From: Mobula hypostoma
Taxonomy: Eukaryota
Direction of reading: 5' to 3'
DNA length: 64,000 nt
Assembly: GCF_963921235.1 (NCBI RefSeq)
Contig: NC_086118.1
Coordinates: forward strand, 22,570,001 to 22,634,000
The position numbers and the translations under genes are program-made. Below the pieces are notes generated by a model. It was given only the letters and a program-made list of their open reading frames with translations, made no database searches and was not told the origin of the DNA. Positions 12,191 to 26,185 of the stretch are shown here, piece by piece; within the stretch, counting starts at the first letter, position 1; every line of letters starts with the position of its first letter.

Positions 12191-13763
12191 TTGAGCCTAC
12201 AATATGAAAAAAAAAATGCTCTGTTACACAGTATAAAGTTCATAAAAAGCAAGATAAATCACACTTGAACAATTACTACCCAATTAATCTATTCTCAATA
12301 ATCACAAAGTGATAGAAACCACAATCATCTATGCCATCAACTAGCACTTGCTAATAACTTGATCACTGATGCTAATCCTAGGTTTAGCCTGGATAACTCA
12401 GCCCCATACCTCATTACACCAAGGTCCAAGCATGGGATAAAGAGATGAATTCCAGGGGTGAGGGGAGAATGATTGCAAGGCAGCAAATGCGGCATCTAAA
12501 GGGAAAAAGTACAATATTTAAAGTTAGAGCACTCACAAAAGGTAGATGATTGTGGTTGTAGGAGATTATTTTAAAAACAGAGGGAAAAGGAATAGAAGGC
12601 AAAAGGTGGAAATTCAACAAATTTTCAGATAAAATACAAGTGATCTAAGCTGCTAAACAACAACAAATAGAATATAGCCGAAAATATCATCAGCACAATC
12701 TCAGTTATAAAGGAGCAAAATCAGCCAGCTGCTTCCTAATACTTGTAATTGTGACTTATCAGAAACAATTATTAAATATCTGATTTTGGAATTAATAAGA
12801 AAAACAACATTCCAGTAGCCTCTCATTGACGACAATTTTACTGGGTTTTGCCAGCTATTCCACGTGAATCTCTCAACGTAATCCTGATAAGGGCTAGCAA
12901 GTTCAGGACTCGTGGCCAAATCTCAATCTCCCAGAAGCCATGGTCGAACTCTGCCAATAATATCCAGCTGGGCTCTTCCATAACCGCACACTTACATTGG
13001 GATCCTCCACTGATCCTCATGAGCATTCATTTGAATGAGGATTTTAAGGCTGTGAGGTAGATAAGAATAAAGTATGTTACATTTTTAATCAATTGGTTTC
13101 TCTAAAGCTGTCAATTATTCAAAGGTGGTTTTACATATATGCTTTAGATGATTTCATTTGTTAAGAAATAGTTCAAATAGTCCTTTAAAATTGTGGTAAA
13201 TTTTAAATGTTTCGGAGTGTCGGGGACCTTAGAAGAACTAAAAACCTTCATCAGTGACAGATAGCAAAACTGGGAATACGACTTAACTACCCATTAGTGG
13301 CTTCCTGAGGAATTACATAAGCAGTGCTTGCTGCTTGGTGTGACCAAATACATCATACAAGGATGATGGGCCATGTCATCCCTGCCACTCAGCCTTGGAC
13401 ACTGACAACCACCCACATGGTCAAGTGGACGCAAAGCCAGTAACCCTTGGGCTCTGGAGGTGTAAACAGTAAATACAGCTGTGAGTCTAATCCGTAAAAT
13501 CTAAACTTATTGCAACTTATGTATTCAGAGAATTTTACTTTACGTCTTTCTTCTTCAATGCTATCAGTGATAGTTGAATGCTAACCATGCCCTCCACATT
13601 AAGAGTTGCAGCACTAACACTAATTAATATACGTCCTAATTGCAAGTTGGCCTTCATGACTTCTGCTGTTTACCCCAGGTAGGCTTTGTATGCTTTTCAA
13701 TTTTTTTTAAATTTGTAAATTGGTTATTACCAGAACTTAAATAAATAACCTCAAAATAACTTG

Positions 13764-13894
13764 CTGAAGGGTCTCAGCCCAAAACATCGACTGTACACTT
13801 TTCCATAGATGCTGCCTGGCTTGCGGAGTTCCCCCAGCATTTTATGTGTGTTGCTTGGATTTCCAGCATCTGCAGATTTTCTCTTGTTTGTGAT
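13764..13894 (+). mobile_element. Solo PLE pLTR fragment starting at the hammerhead core
   Basis: CTGAAGGGTCTCAGCCCAAAACATCGACTG...CCAGCATCTGCAGATTTTCTCTTGTTTGTGAT. Confidence 0.85.
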
Positions 13895-14332
13895 CAAATT
13901 AATCTACAAGGTTCCAAAGTTCAAAGTGGAAATTGTAATCCAGAATTACCAATGCTCTTCACTTCTGTTAGGGGCTTGTATCATTTACTTGACACAACTG
14001 GTCCTAACCCTTTGCACTTTCACCAGTATTCATACTACATTGTTATCACATCCTGTAAGGTCAGGAGATCTTTTTTTTAATATTGATAAGCAATATTGCA
14101 GGTTTTCTCCTCTTCTCAAGTGAATCTTAAAGAATATTTCTATTTGTTGGTCGGTCAGTAAAGCCCTTAGTAAAATTGCCAGATCATTTCAAGAATCAAA
14201 TTATAGGAAACCTGTCTCAATGCTACTTGCAGGTACTAAACTTGAAACATTTTGTCCAAGCAATCAGTATCACAGCATGTTGGTCAGTCACACTATTAAC
14301 AGCTCTCCATATTTTCTATGACAATGTACTGA

Positions 14333-14710
14333 AGAACATGAGAGGTGACCTGATAGAGGTGTATAAGATGATGAGAGGCATTGATTGTGAGATAGTCATA
14401 GGCTTTTTCCCAGGGCTGAAATGACTAGCATGAGAGGGCACAGTTTTAAGGTGCTTGGAAGTAGGTACACAGGAGATGTCAGGGTTAAGTTTTTTACGCA
14501 GAGAGTGATGAGTGCTTGGAAAAGGCTGCCGGGAACAGTGGTGGAGGCGGATACGATAGGGTCTTTTAAGAGACTCCTGGACAGGTACATAGAGCTCAGA
14601 AAAATAGAGGGCTATGGCCTAACCTTAGGTAATTTCTAAGGTAAGGACATATTTGGCACAGCTTTGTGGGCGGAGGGCCTGTATTGTGCTGTAGGTTTTC
14701 TATGTTTCTA
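14333..14710 (+). mobile_element. CR1 LINE 3' fragment
   Basis: Encodes MRGDLIEVYKMMRGID and FFTQRVMSAWKRLP. Tail TTTTCTATGTTTCTA. Same subfamily as 40964-42479. Confidence 0.9.
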
Positions 14711-16404
14711 ACATTATAGCGAAAGAAAAATGAGCAAAACTTTCATTAATCACCTTGAGTTTTCTCTACCGTTCAATAACATCAGCTCATCTGACCTTGG
14801 CCTAAAATCCATTTTCCTCTCTGTTCCCCTTGATATTTAACTCTCCTATCTGTCTATGTCAGCCTTTAACTCATCCAGTGGGGTCAAAAGTTCTTCAAGT
14901 TCACAAACTACAAACCGTATTAAGAGAAGAAATTCCTCTGTTTCAAACACACTCTCTCTTCACCTTCCAACAAGGCCTCATAGAAGCATATACTTGAATG
15001 AGTTTGAATAAGATCTCCTCTCACTCTTCTAACCTCCAAAGTGCATAAGTTCAATCTACTCGTTTTTTCCATGATAACATTCTCATCTGTTATCAACCTG
15101 ATGAACCTTCTCTGAATTCAAAAGCCATGATGCAAGCAGGGAACAAGCCCATAGAAGTGGTCATGGAATATGTTCATGTAGGTGGCCTTGTCATATGGAC
15201 ACTACGAGTGCCGTAGATAGGGACACAGTATTTCCATAGAGGAAGAACGATTGCAAAGCACCTTTATATAGATGATATGGGAGCCATCTGGTCTCAGAAT
15301 GTTTGTTCAAGATGGTCCCACACTGCAATGTTCAAAGGATAGGGCACCTTGTCATCTGCTCAAATCCCATTCGCCCAATTTAAGTCTATATCCTTCTAGG
15401 CATTGTCCATTTCAAGTACTAGCCTAACCACTTCTCGATATAGTTGATTTCATCATGTCCTTTGGCAGGTCATTCCAGCTATCAACCACTGTCAACGTAA
15501 AACATCTTCTCTCAGATCCCCTTCAAAACTTAGTAAAAATTTACAAAGTGGCAAATCTAAAATCTGGAAATCTAAAATAAAAATTGAATATGCTGGAAGT
15601 ATTCTGCAGGTCAGGCAATATCTGTGGGAAGGAAAACAGAATTAATATTTCAGATCAAATAGAATTGGAACATATTGGCTTCGATGTCTTTTAAAAGACT
15701 CCCACTTATCAGATGTCATATTTTGTGTCAAAGGATATGAAATGTAAGTCCTTTTTCATTACTACACTAATTCTAAGTTCATTAAATATCTCTTACAGAA
15801 AACTGACTGATGAGCAATTATCAGAGTAGTTCAAGTAAAATGTACATTAATTTCCACCTAAATAACAAGCATGAAAATGATATTAAACTGCAGACTAAAA
15901 ATAAGCAGCTGAAGTTCATTCATAAATGGATTGCTTCTTCCTAAACGTTTTTTTTTTCTTTTAATATTCTTTTGAAATCTAGTAGAATGTTAGCTTCTGT
16001 ATCAAAGTTTCAATCTGGAAGAGCAGTGTGGGTGAATATGGAGTGAAACAAATGACAAGATGACCATAAAGGGAGCAAAAGGGACAAGGCTGTGTGATAA
16101 ATGAAAATGTATGGGTGGATAAAAAGTACTACTGAAGTTACTTTGAGCCTTTTGTCATATCAAAAGCCATTGAGCATGAACTGCAGTCATCTTCCTGCCA
16201 CATGCATAAATATCCAGTTGCAAACACTCATGGATGAGTTATAGACAGAGACAAAATCATGGGTTAATTTGGCAGCTGATATAGGGGCAAGAATGTGCAT
16301 TGAAATTGCAAACCAATGATTGACCTGTGCACATCTGTAAATCATCTTCAGATCAGCTGTTACTCATATAATATAATGAAAGCAGTTGATTAACTTTTAC
16401 TTCA

Positions 16405-16535
16405 GTGCAGATGAGTGCTCACGCCCCGAATCGTTGACTACCCATTTCCCTCCTTGGGTGATGCTTGACCCATTGAGTTCCTCCGGCATCTTGTGTCTTG
16501 CTCTAGATTCCAGTATCTGCAGTCACCAGTGTCCC
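16405..16535 (+). repeat. Degenerate PLE pLTR fragment
   Basis: GATGCTTGACCCATTGAGTTCCTCCGGCATCTTGTG..TTCCAGTATCTGCAG. Confidence 0.65.
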
Positions 16536-17426
16536 CTGATTTGCTTTCTGTTTGTCAAATATGATAGTCAAATCATGGAAATGATGACTAAGGGGTGAAG
16601 AAAGAATAAGTGATGCTTGGGCAAAGGATTGTGAAATATGGCCGGAATCACATCCAGAGAAATGACTGATATTGAAGAAATAGGACCAGGGTCCTACTTA
16701 AATGTAATTTCATCTTTATGATCAATCTTTTGGACCTGCTATAAAATGTAAAAGTCCAATATTTGTGATTGTGCAGCAAGTTTATTCAATAACCAATTAC
16801 AGAGCTAGCATGTATTAGCCATAAATATTGGCCTGCTAGCTAGTAACTTCTGGCAATTGCTTATTTTCTGTTTTCAAATTAAAACATTGCAAAGAATAGA
16901 GGCCATCATAAAATTGTGTTTGTATTAATTGACACTGAAAGCATAACTGATGGTTTCCAATATTAATTAGACATTATTGAAAACAACAGTCTTAGCAGAT
17001 AAAAAGAGAATGTTTCCTTTTTGTCAGTTAATCTAAATATCCATCACCATTTTCCATAGTACTTAGTTACGTCCAGCTTTAAGCTGCATAAGATAATAGA
17101 ATATGCTTTTTATGGGAATACCTTTTAGAAATTCTTAGAGGTAAAGCAAATATATGGATATTTACAAGGTTTTTAAGTGGATGAAATAAATTATATGGGT
17201 CTTTAATGATGTACTATGGACAATTCAGACAAAGGCCTTTCAAAACTGTAAGCTTGTATCAGAACACAGATAAACATGTAGAGTAAAGAGGATAGGATTA
17301 GGATCAGGCTATCAGACCACTCAAGCCTGTCTCCAATACCTAATGTGATCGTGACTAACCCATCCAAGCCTCAAACCCTCTCTGTGCCATTTCTTCCTCC
17401 CTCGCTATTCCTAAATCTTTCAAATA

Positions 17427-17879
17427 TGTAGCAGTTACTCAAACAAACCAACACCGCTTAGAGACTAAGGACAGGGTAGGGTGGTTAATCCTGTATGACG
17501 TGCCTTCCAATTGAATGCAAAAGCAAGTTTCCAAAGTCAAAGAATATGTTCGATCCTTTGTTAAGAAACTAACAAAACAAACAATCTTGAAGCAATAAAA
17601 CTAATGAAACTAAAACTAGCGATATAACAAAATAAACACTTAGCGTAATAAACATTCTTAAGTTTTCTTCAACGTAACAGCATAATTAAGTGGTTTTAAG
17701 CAATCAACAAAAATCATCCCTGATGCCTAGCTCTAGAACTAACTGAACTAAAGACATGACTAAATATGTAAACTAAAACTCTTCACGTCCACCATGCTCC
17801 CATCCACATGACTAACTACCATAATAAACTTGCAACACAAAATACAATGCAGATGGAAAATAGATACATGGCTCCTACA
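17427..17879. repeat. Possible solo LTR splitting an old CR1 tail
   Basis: TGTAG...CTACA termini and an A-rich body. CR1-tail-like sequence on both sides (17280-17426, 17880-18010). No TSD seen. Confidence 0.35.
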
Positions 17880-18336
17880 ACTCACATCTCCAGCTCACGT
17901 TAGATATTTTTACTGACTCATTTTCCACCACCCTCTAGCAGAGAAATCCAGAGCGTCATCATCTTCTGTGAGAAAATATTTTTATGTAAATCAGTCTTAA
18001 ATTCCTGATTCTACCACCTGCTTCTGCAATATGTACAATATACAGTGGCCAATTAATCTACCAACATGAACACCTTGGCAGCGTGGGAGGACAACAGAGC
18101 ACGCAGAGGAAACTCATGTGATCATAGGGAGAATGTGGAAGATGCAACACTGACAGTAACTGAAATCAGGATTAACCACTATAGAGCTATGCTGTACCTC
18201 AGTCGCTGGAATTCTATACTCCAGGGGTTAATGAAAACTCGACTATGCAAAATATTTAAGGTAGAAAGAAGATAAATGCATGAAGGATTGGGAAATCGCC
18301 ACAGAAAGAGAAGCTGAGGTCCACATCTATCACCTA

Positions 18337-18849
18337 CACTCAGTGGCTACTTTATTCAGTATCCTGTACCTAATAAAATGATCACTTATTGTATATTCGT
18401 GGTCTTCTGCTGCCGTAGTCGATCCATTTCACTGTGGTGTGTGTTCAGAGATGCTCTTCTGAACACTACTGTTGCAACGCTGTCAGTTGCTGTCAGCTTG
18501 AACCAGTCTGGCCATTTTCCTTTGGCCTTTCTTATTAACAAGGCATTTTTGCCCACGGAATTGCTGCTCACTGGAATGTTTTTTTTTTGTTTGCACCATC
18601 CTCTATAAACTCAAGAGACTGTTGTTCAAGAAAATTTTACTCAAACCATCCCATTTGGCAGCAACAACCATTCCACGGTCAAAGTCACTTCGATCACATT
18701 TCTTCCCTATTCTGATGTTTGGACTAAGGAACAACTGAACCTCTTGACCATGTCTGCATGCTTTTATGTATTGAGTTGCTTCTGCATGATTGGATATTTG
18801 CATTAACGAACAGGTGTACAGGTTTACCTAACAAAGTGGTCACTGAGTG
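18337..18849 (-). mobile_element. Non-autonomous Tc1-like DNA transposon
   Basis: TA|CACTCAGTGGCTACTTTATT...ACAAAGTGGTCACTGAGTG|TA gives TIRs with TA flanks. Minus strand encodes GKKCDRSDFDRGMVV, like a Tc1 transposase N-terminus. Second copy at 50567-51112. Confidence 0.85.
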
Positions 18850-18929
18850 TAAGATCATATTAAATGTTGGAAGAAGTTTGAAGGGCCTTCTATTTCCCTG
18901 CATTTCATTTATGGTCTAGAATTGCCCCC

Positions 18930-18982
18930 AACAAATTTCCTGACATATGCTAGTGATATTAAACCTGATTCTGATTCTGAAC
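18930..18982 (+). repeat. Very short Rex/Babar-like LINE tail
   Basis: ACAAATTTCCTGACATATGC..ATTAAACCTGATTCTGATTCTGA matches the tail at 25414-25470 in reverse. Confidence 0.6.
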
Positions 18983-20863
18983 TTTATTGAATATACAGTA
19001 TCTCAAATGAATTCACAGAATTTCCCTGAATGTTAAATCACATTTCAAATGGTTTTTTAAAATTATATGTTGACTATTCTTTTTTTTAATGGTCACTGTC
19101 TTGAAAGTAAATGTGAATAATATTTCTTTCAACCTTTCCTGTTGCTGCAAATAACTCAGGACATATAGGAATGAGGAATGACAGGTGACCTGCTGTCAGA
19201 ATCCTGTCTTAGTTGTATATTTTGCTACTGCTCAGGGTATTGTTTTGTGATTCAACAGAAACTCAAATCATTTCCTTAAATTAATAACAAAATGGAAAAA
19301 GCTAGGGTGGACAGTTTATTTGTGTTCTGTCTGTATTTCCTCAGGCAGTGTACAAGACAGATTTCCCTCAACAAAATATTGCAATAACTTAAGTCAAATA
19401 AATGGTGTTTCCTTTCTAATGAGAATGTAGGGAAGTTATATATGTCGTACATTTCACATTCAGTGACTTTAATAAACTAGTAACTGATTGCTATAATGCA
19501 ACCATAAAATGGGTAATGAGATTGCATGAAATAACAGGGTGAGGTTAGCTATCAGTTTCCAAAGCAGTTACTGTGAAATAGGACTGGTTTAAATGACATT
19601 TCAGTCAATTGACTGTTCAATGCAAGGGAAGCATTCCACATTCCTCCAGATATTTAATTGCATTCTATTAGCATGAACAGAAGGGGTACTGTAGACAAAC
19701 AATGTCAATAAACAGCAGTGAGATTTAATTTATCTCTATAGCGTAAAACCTACATATTTGAAATCTTATATTCTGTCTGTCTCTGAGCAACAATGGCTCT
19801 ACCTCAATGCCTTTGTTGTGGTTTATGAGAATGCAAGGGTTTAGAGTGCATTGAAAGTTGCAGAGACCAGAAATAACAACTGCCACTGTTTCGTTGAGAA
19901 GATTATTTGTGTATTCCAGAGGGGAATGCTATATCATAGAATTTAAATGCAGAGGCCCTGTTTATTCCATAGCCTGGACTTTATGAAGTCATTTTAAATT
20001 GCTTCTTTGCGGCCTTTTCATATATTCTATAAGCATCTTTAGAAGCAACCATCAAATCAAAAGAGGGAAAAAGAAATTTAAGAGGAAGGAAGTAGGCATT
20101 TGGCTCTTTAAAACTACTCTGTATTCCTTGTGTTCATGGCTAATTTTCATCCTCAACATCATTCTTCTTCACTATACCTTAACCCATAAAATCCTGAATT
20201 GAATAATTTTGGTTTTAAATGAATTCACTGACTTTATCCTGGGCTGTCCTGTTCCCTCCCAGATCCTAAATACATGTTGTTGTTACGTTGAATTACTTTC
20301 ATAATCTGTCCCCGAGATATTTTCCGGGGCAATGTGGGGATGAGGATTTATTGGTGTATGGAAGGCGTTTGGAGAATGGGTTTGCTCTGTTGGCTGGCAT
20401 GAATGATGGACCAAGTGACCTTCTGCTATGTTGTAGCGAAATCTGAAGTGTATCTACTGAATGTGCAGCTGAATGAACTAGCCACTTACTCTGCTCCCAC
20501 TGACCACCAATAAAATCCTGACTAATGTTTCATCTGCTGATTCATCGTATTCATAGATGACAGTTACTTTTTTTATTTGAAAGATATAGTTTTATTTTGT
20601 TTTTCAAACATCTTTCTTTAATCAACTACCCCACTCGGTGAAAGAACACTAAATTAAATATGTCATGCCAGCTTCTCTTCTGGAGCAGTGGAAATAAAAT
20701 TGAAACAGATCTTTTACACGAACTTTCAAAATCACAGAAATTCTCTTCCTTTATAAAATATTTTCAGAACAAACAATCCTTTTAGATTGATAATGTCTTG
20801 AATGATTTTGAAGTCAATTTTTGCAACAGACTCATGTTTAGCATCTTGTTATAATCAAAGTAT

Positions 20864-21142
20864 GGCCAGATTTGAGAACAGCTTCTCTCCAACTGTGATA
20901 AGACTGCTGAACGGATCCTGACCCGGATCTGGGCCGTACCCTCCAAATATCCGGACCTGCCTCTCGATTTTTTTGCATGACCTTACTTTCCCTTTTCTAT
21001 TTTCTATTTATGATTTATAATTTAAATTTTTAATATTTACTATCGATTTGTACTCCAGGGAGCACGAAGAGCAGAATCAAATATCGCTGTGATGATTGTA
21101 TCAATTGTTTGGCGACAATAAAGTATAAAGTATAAAGTATAA
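20864..21142 (+). mobile_element. Rex/Babar-like LINE 3' end
   Basis: Encodes ARFENSFSPTVIRLLN, then a 3' UTR ending AATAAAGTATAAAGTATAAAGTATAA. AAAGTAT also precedes the 5' junction (20857-20863). Confidence 0.75.
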
Positions 21143-21371
21143 CTGCACAAATATCTCATGGGAATTACATAACCAATGTACACAATGCAATATCAGTGGC
21201 CATGGCTGTCAATCAAAATGAAGCCAATGTGGAAAATTGTACCAAACATTTCATCTACTTTTCTTTGTTTTCATGGATCTGTAGCATAGTAAAAGTGCAG
21301 TAAAGCCTCAGCAGTACAACTGGAGTGCAGATGTACAATTTTCAAATTAAAAGATGAAGGATTTACTTTCC

Positions 21372-21828
21372 CAGCATGATGGAAAGATGCCAGAAATGAG
21401 CTAGTAACATCATGGAGGACTCCATCCCACTCTGTTCATGGACTGTTCGTCCCACTCACATCAGGGAAGGGCCTACGTAGCATTCACGCTAGGAACACAG
21501 ACTCAAAATCAGTTACTTTCCCCAAGCAGTAAGGCTGATCAACACATACACCCAATAGCCCAACCCTCCACACCCTCAGCCACCACAACTTTAACATTTC
21601 CTGTCGATCACCTTCTGTACACACTTCTGTAGCTAGTATGTCACTCTATGTACATACAATCAATCTATGTATAGAACTTATCTTATGTATTTACATTTAT
21701 TGTGTTTTTGTTAATTTTTGTGTTCTTTATCTTAACGAGATTTTTTTGTGCTGCAATGGATCTGGAGTAACAACTATTTTGTTCTCTTTTTCAGTTATGT
21801 ACATTAAACAATCTTGAATCTTGAATCC
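21372..21828 (+). mobile_element. Rex/Babar-like LINE 3' end (older)
   Basis: Degenerate HGLFVPL.SG..LRSIHAR..RLK.SYFPQAVRLIN coding. Tail ATTAAACAATCTTGAATCTTGAATC. Confidence 0.7.
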
Positions 21829-23829
21829 TTGTTCTCCCGTAAAGATGCAATGAGTCTATTCTACTTTCTGTAATTAAGCAAATGTTTATTTTAAAATCAT
21901 TACTTTTAACGGGTTTAAAACAGTCAAAAATGCCACAAAGAAGAAGAGACATCTCTGTGATTTAGCTGAGAAAAACGATGCAATATGCTTGGTGCCTGGT
22001 CCACCAGTAAATAATGGAAGTACACAATTAGGTGACTGGAACTCCTCAGCATGGGTGCTTGCTGCGTGTGTTCACAGAATTGCAATGTGACTTTATCTTT
22101 TATAGAGCAATTGGGAAGTAATTTCAGTTTCTGAAGCATTGCCTATTCCAATAAAGCTTTAAGGATTGAAGGAGACTCCAAATAAATAAATCAAAAAGAG
22201 TTATTGAGTGCAGTCATGACACAAATGTCTATTGTGATTCTTTCTGTCCATAGTTGAAATATTGGCTTTTTTATTTAGTTTTGTTTCAGCTAGTATTTTC
22301 AGAAAATATTGTCCTTTAATAATATTGTTTTAATAATAAAAGGAATACTTGCTTTTAAATACTAAACTGAATAGTAGGTAAATAAAATATTAAGTAACTT
22401 ACCTATGAAATTTAAAATTTCTTATCATTATATGACTAAAGAATTCTAAAGTTTTTAGTTCCTTAGGCAGAGTAGAGAAATGGGAAATAAAATGAAGTCT
22501 TGCCTCTTTGTAAACCTTCTGCAACATCTTTAATTATTTCATGAAGATATATGACTCCTTCAATGTGCTAGGTTTCTTTTCCTCAGTTTATACAGGGAAG
22601 GGTTTGTAGTAATGCTAATGTAAATGAATACAGTGCTGACGAATGGAGTTGAATAGTCTCCTTCTGCATAGCTGGGTTGAGTAAGCATCAAATACAAAGT
22701 AAATCCTTATCCTAGCCAACCATTGTTTCATCCTAGCCTTAGTGGGATAGTTTTCACTTCAGTACCAATTGATGTGAGTGAAATAGCTTAAAATGCAGTG
22801 AGTACAGAAGACTTGGCTTTGTACTTTCTAGAGCAGGGCTAACAATACAATTCCTGACACATGAGGAAAAAGAAAGTACAGGCAGAGAAAAAAACTAGAT
22901 GGAATTATGGTTAGATTGTGTGTGGAAAGAAAACTAAAGAGAGCTAAAGAATAATTGAAATAAGTGAGTGTACAAAAAACTGGAAAAGAGAAGTAAGAAA
23001 AGGTTCAATCTTTAAAAATGTAGAATCTTTGAAACAACATCTGTTTGCTGAAGGAATGAGACTCTACAGATTCAAAAATTCCTTTCCTAGGAAGGAATGG
23101 CTGACTGACAACAACTGAACATAAATCTCATTATTAAAATGCTCTGGTGAATGCAATCCCTCACTTTCTGTGTTGAATTTAATGAGTAGTTAACACACAA
23201 ATGCAGCAATCACTTGGGAGACTGACAGCAGACTTCCGTTTTTGTGAGGTTAACGGAGGAGCAGTCCAAATTTACTCATAATTTGAGGCAATTGGCAAAT
23301 TGAGGCATAAATCCTCTTTACCACCGTGCCGTCAGTTTTTCAGTATATTCTTTACCTTTGCACAAAATAAATTCATTGAGACCATAATTGGTGAGGGAGA
23401 GATTCACATACTCACACTTGCAAAAAGAATAGAGAATATTTTACTTTAACTCAATTTAATTAATAGCATTTTTTTCAGTGAATCTTTCTCTCCATTCAAA
23501 ATGTAGTCAACAGATTAAAGGATCAAAAGAACGATACGGTGAATTTGGAAAATACGAGTACTAAATAATAGTCACTTGAAAATAGAAACAAGTAAATATT
23601 ATTTCAAAACTGGAAAGTTAGAGTTTTCATTTCTGGGTGTTTCGAATTTTTTAATTCTAAGTTCAAATATTCCGTAATGACAATTAGTTCAATGATGGGT
23701 CTGTAGCCAATAACGGCAGACAGGAGTTTTAATGCATTGCTCTAAGAGTATAAAAAACTACAGATCATAAATCTGAAAGTCTCTTGAAATAGTACACAGT
23801 TCTCTATGCATGATTCGCCTGATAACAGC

Positions 23830-23990
23830 TTCTGTTGTAAGCAGCATCTCAACATTGTTCCCGAAGTACTGCAGGAGTGCCTTCATTGCGAAGACTACAG
23901 TGGCTCACCTTCACCTTCTCAAGGGCAGTGCCTAATCAAAATAAACACCAGTCTTGCCATGTTGCTCATTCCACAGAAATGAATAAACCA
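23830..23990 (+). repeat. Old CR1-like 3' end
   Basis: GGCTCACCTTCACCTTCTCAAGGGCA..ATAAACACCAGTCTTGCC..GAATAAA resembles an old CR1-like tail. Confidence 0.45.
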
Positions 23991-24271
23991 AAAAATTTAT
24001 GCAAATGTTGTGTGCGCGCAGCAGTAGGCACATTGCTGCTGGGTTACCTTTTAACAAGAGCAGACAGCAGTGAAGGAGTTCACCATTACCTTCAATACAA
24101 CAGACATTGGTCAATTGAGGAAAAGGGCATTTCAAGACCTTGGCATGTAACTCATGGCTTACCATTTATGGTAAGTGTAAATGCTGCTGTTGATAAAGGT
24201 GTAGGTGTCCATGTATAAACACAAAATTAGAAGCTAGTTCCAGTAGATGATTAGGTCGGGACATCTGACCT

Positions 24272-24830
24272 AAGGCCAAATTTGGAGTGTTGTGTACAGT
24301 TCTGGTCACCGAATTATAGAAAAGATGTCAACAAAATAGAGAGCGTACAGAGAAGATTTACTAGAATGTTTCTTGGGTTTCATCACCCAAGTTACAGAGA
24401 AAGGTTGAACAAGTTGGGTCTTTATTCTTTGGAGCGTAGAAGGTTGAGGGGGGACTTGATAGAGGTATTTAAAATTATGAGGGGGATAGATAGAGTTTAT
24501 GTGGATAGGCTTTGTCCATTGATAGTGGGGGAGATTCAAACAAGAGGACATGAGTTGAGAGTTAAAGGGCAAAAGTTTAGGGGTAACATGAGGGGAAACT
24601 TCTTTACCCAGAGAGTGGTAGCTGTGTGGAACGAGCTTCCAGCAGAAGTGGTTGAGGCAGGTTCGATGTTGTCATTTAAAGTTAGATTGGATAGCTATAT
24701 GGACAGGAAAGGAACGGAGGGTTATGAGTTGAGTGCAGGTCGGTGGGACTAGGTGAGAGTAATAGTTTGGCATGGATTAGAAGGATCGAGATGGCCTGTT
24801 TCCTTGCTGTAATTGTTATATGGTTATATA
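24272..24830 (+). mobile_element. CR1 LINE 3' fragment
   Basis: ORF 24282-24752 (CVQFWSPNYRKD, RLRGDLIEVFKI, FFTQRVVAVWNELP). Tail TTGTTATATGGTTATAT. Confidence 0.92.
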
Positions 24831-24869
24831 TATCAGAATGAAAACAATTTATCTTCAAACAGTGATAAA

Positions 24870-26185
24870 ATATACAAATTGCCCAAGAACTCAGCAGGTC
24901 AGGCAGCATCAATGGAGAGGATTAAACAGATGCTTTGGTCAGGATCCTTCAAAAGAACTGGAAAGAAGAAGAAGCCAGAATAAGAAGGTGGGTGGAGGAG
25001 GAGGAGTACAAGCTGGCTGACGGTAGGTGAAACTAGCTGAAGGGTTCCACGGGTGGGTGGGTGGGGTAAGGGGAATGAAGTGAAAAGATGGGAAGTGAAA
25101 GGTGGAAGAGGTAAAGGGCTGAAGAAGAAGGACTCTTACAGGAGAGTAGAGTGGACCATGCAAGAAAGAGTTGGGGTACCAGAGGGAGCTTCAGGGCAGT
25201 TGGGTAGAAGAAAAGCGATGAGAGGGGAGCCAGAATGGTGAATCTACAAAGAGAGAAGAGAAAGCAGGGAGAAATTTCTGGATGGGAGAGATGGCAATGT
25301 TCATGCCGTGCTGCTGAAAGCGTGGGAAGGGCTGGATCTGCACTGTATCTCCAAATAAATAAATGAATCAGGCTGGAGGCTACCCAGCCAGAATGTAAGG
25401 AGTTGTTCCTCTAGTTCAGAATCAGGTTTATTATTACTGGTACGTGTCGTGAAATTTGTTAACTCAGCAGCAGCAGTTCAATGCAATACATAATATAGAG
25501 GGAAAAAACACAAAATAAAATAATAATAATAATAAATCAATCAATTGCAGTATATGTATATTGAATAGATTTAAAATTGTGCAAAAAAACAGAAATAATA
25601 TATATTAAAAAAGTGAAGTAGTGTCCAAGAGTTCAACGTCCATTTAGGAATCGGATGGCAGAGGAGAAGAAGCTGTTCCTGAATCACTGAGTGTGTGCCT
25701 TCAGGCTTCTGTACCTCCTACCTGATGGTAACAGTGAGAAAAGGGCATGCCCTGGGTACTGGACGTCCTTAATAATGGATGCTACCTTTCTGAGACACTG
25801 CTCCTTGATGATGTCCTGGGTACGTTGTAGGGTAGTACCCAAGATGGAGCTGAGTAAGTTTACGACCAAGAGTGGTCTCATCATGGCCGTGTTGGAGATC
25901 ATGAACTGTCATGTCTGAATGAGAATGGGAAGTAGAATTAAAATGGATGGCCACTGGGAAATCCTATCGTTAGTGTCAGATGAATGAAGGCGCTTGATGA
26001 AGTGATCCCCCAATCTATGTTGGGTCTCACCAATGTTGTAGAAGCACCAAATAAATATAGCAGATGACTCCAATAAACTCACAGTAAAGCATCAACTCAC
26101 CTGAGGGACTTTTCAGGGTCCTGAACAGTGGTAAGGGAGGAGGCATAGGGGCAGGTGTAGCACTTGTCCAGCTAGCAGGGATTAC
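24870..26185 (-). mobile_element. Older Penelope-like element 3' part (GIY-YIG remnant plus pLTR), interrupted
   Basis: Encodes AIHFNSTSHSHSDM..DETTL. Colinear with 59640-60450 in reverse on either side of the nested insertion. Confidence 0.8.
25414..25863 (-). mobile_element. Rex/Babar-like LINE 3' end nested in the PLE
   Basis: Encodes CLRKVASIIKD..PGHALFSLLPSGRRYRSLKAHT. Tail AATAAACCTGATTCTGAAC. Confidence 0.85.
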
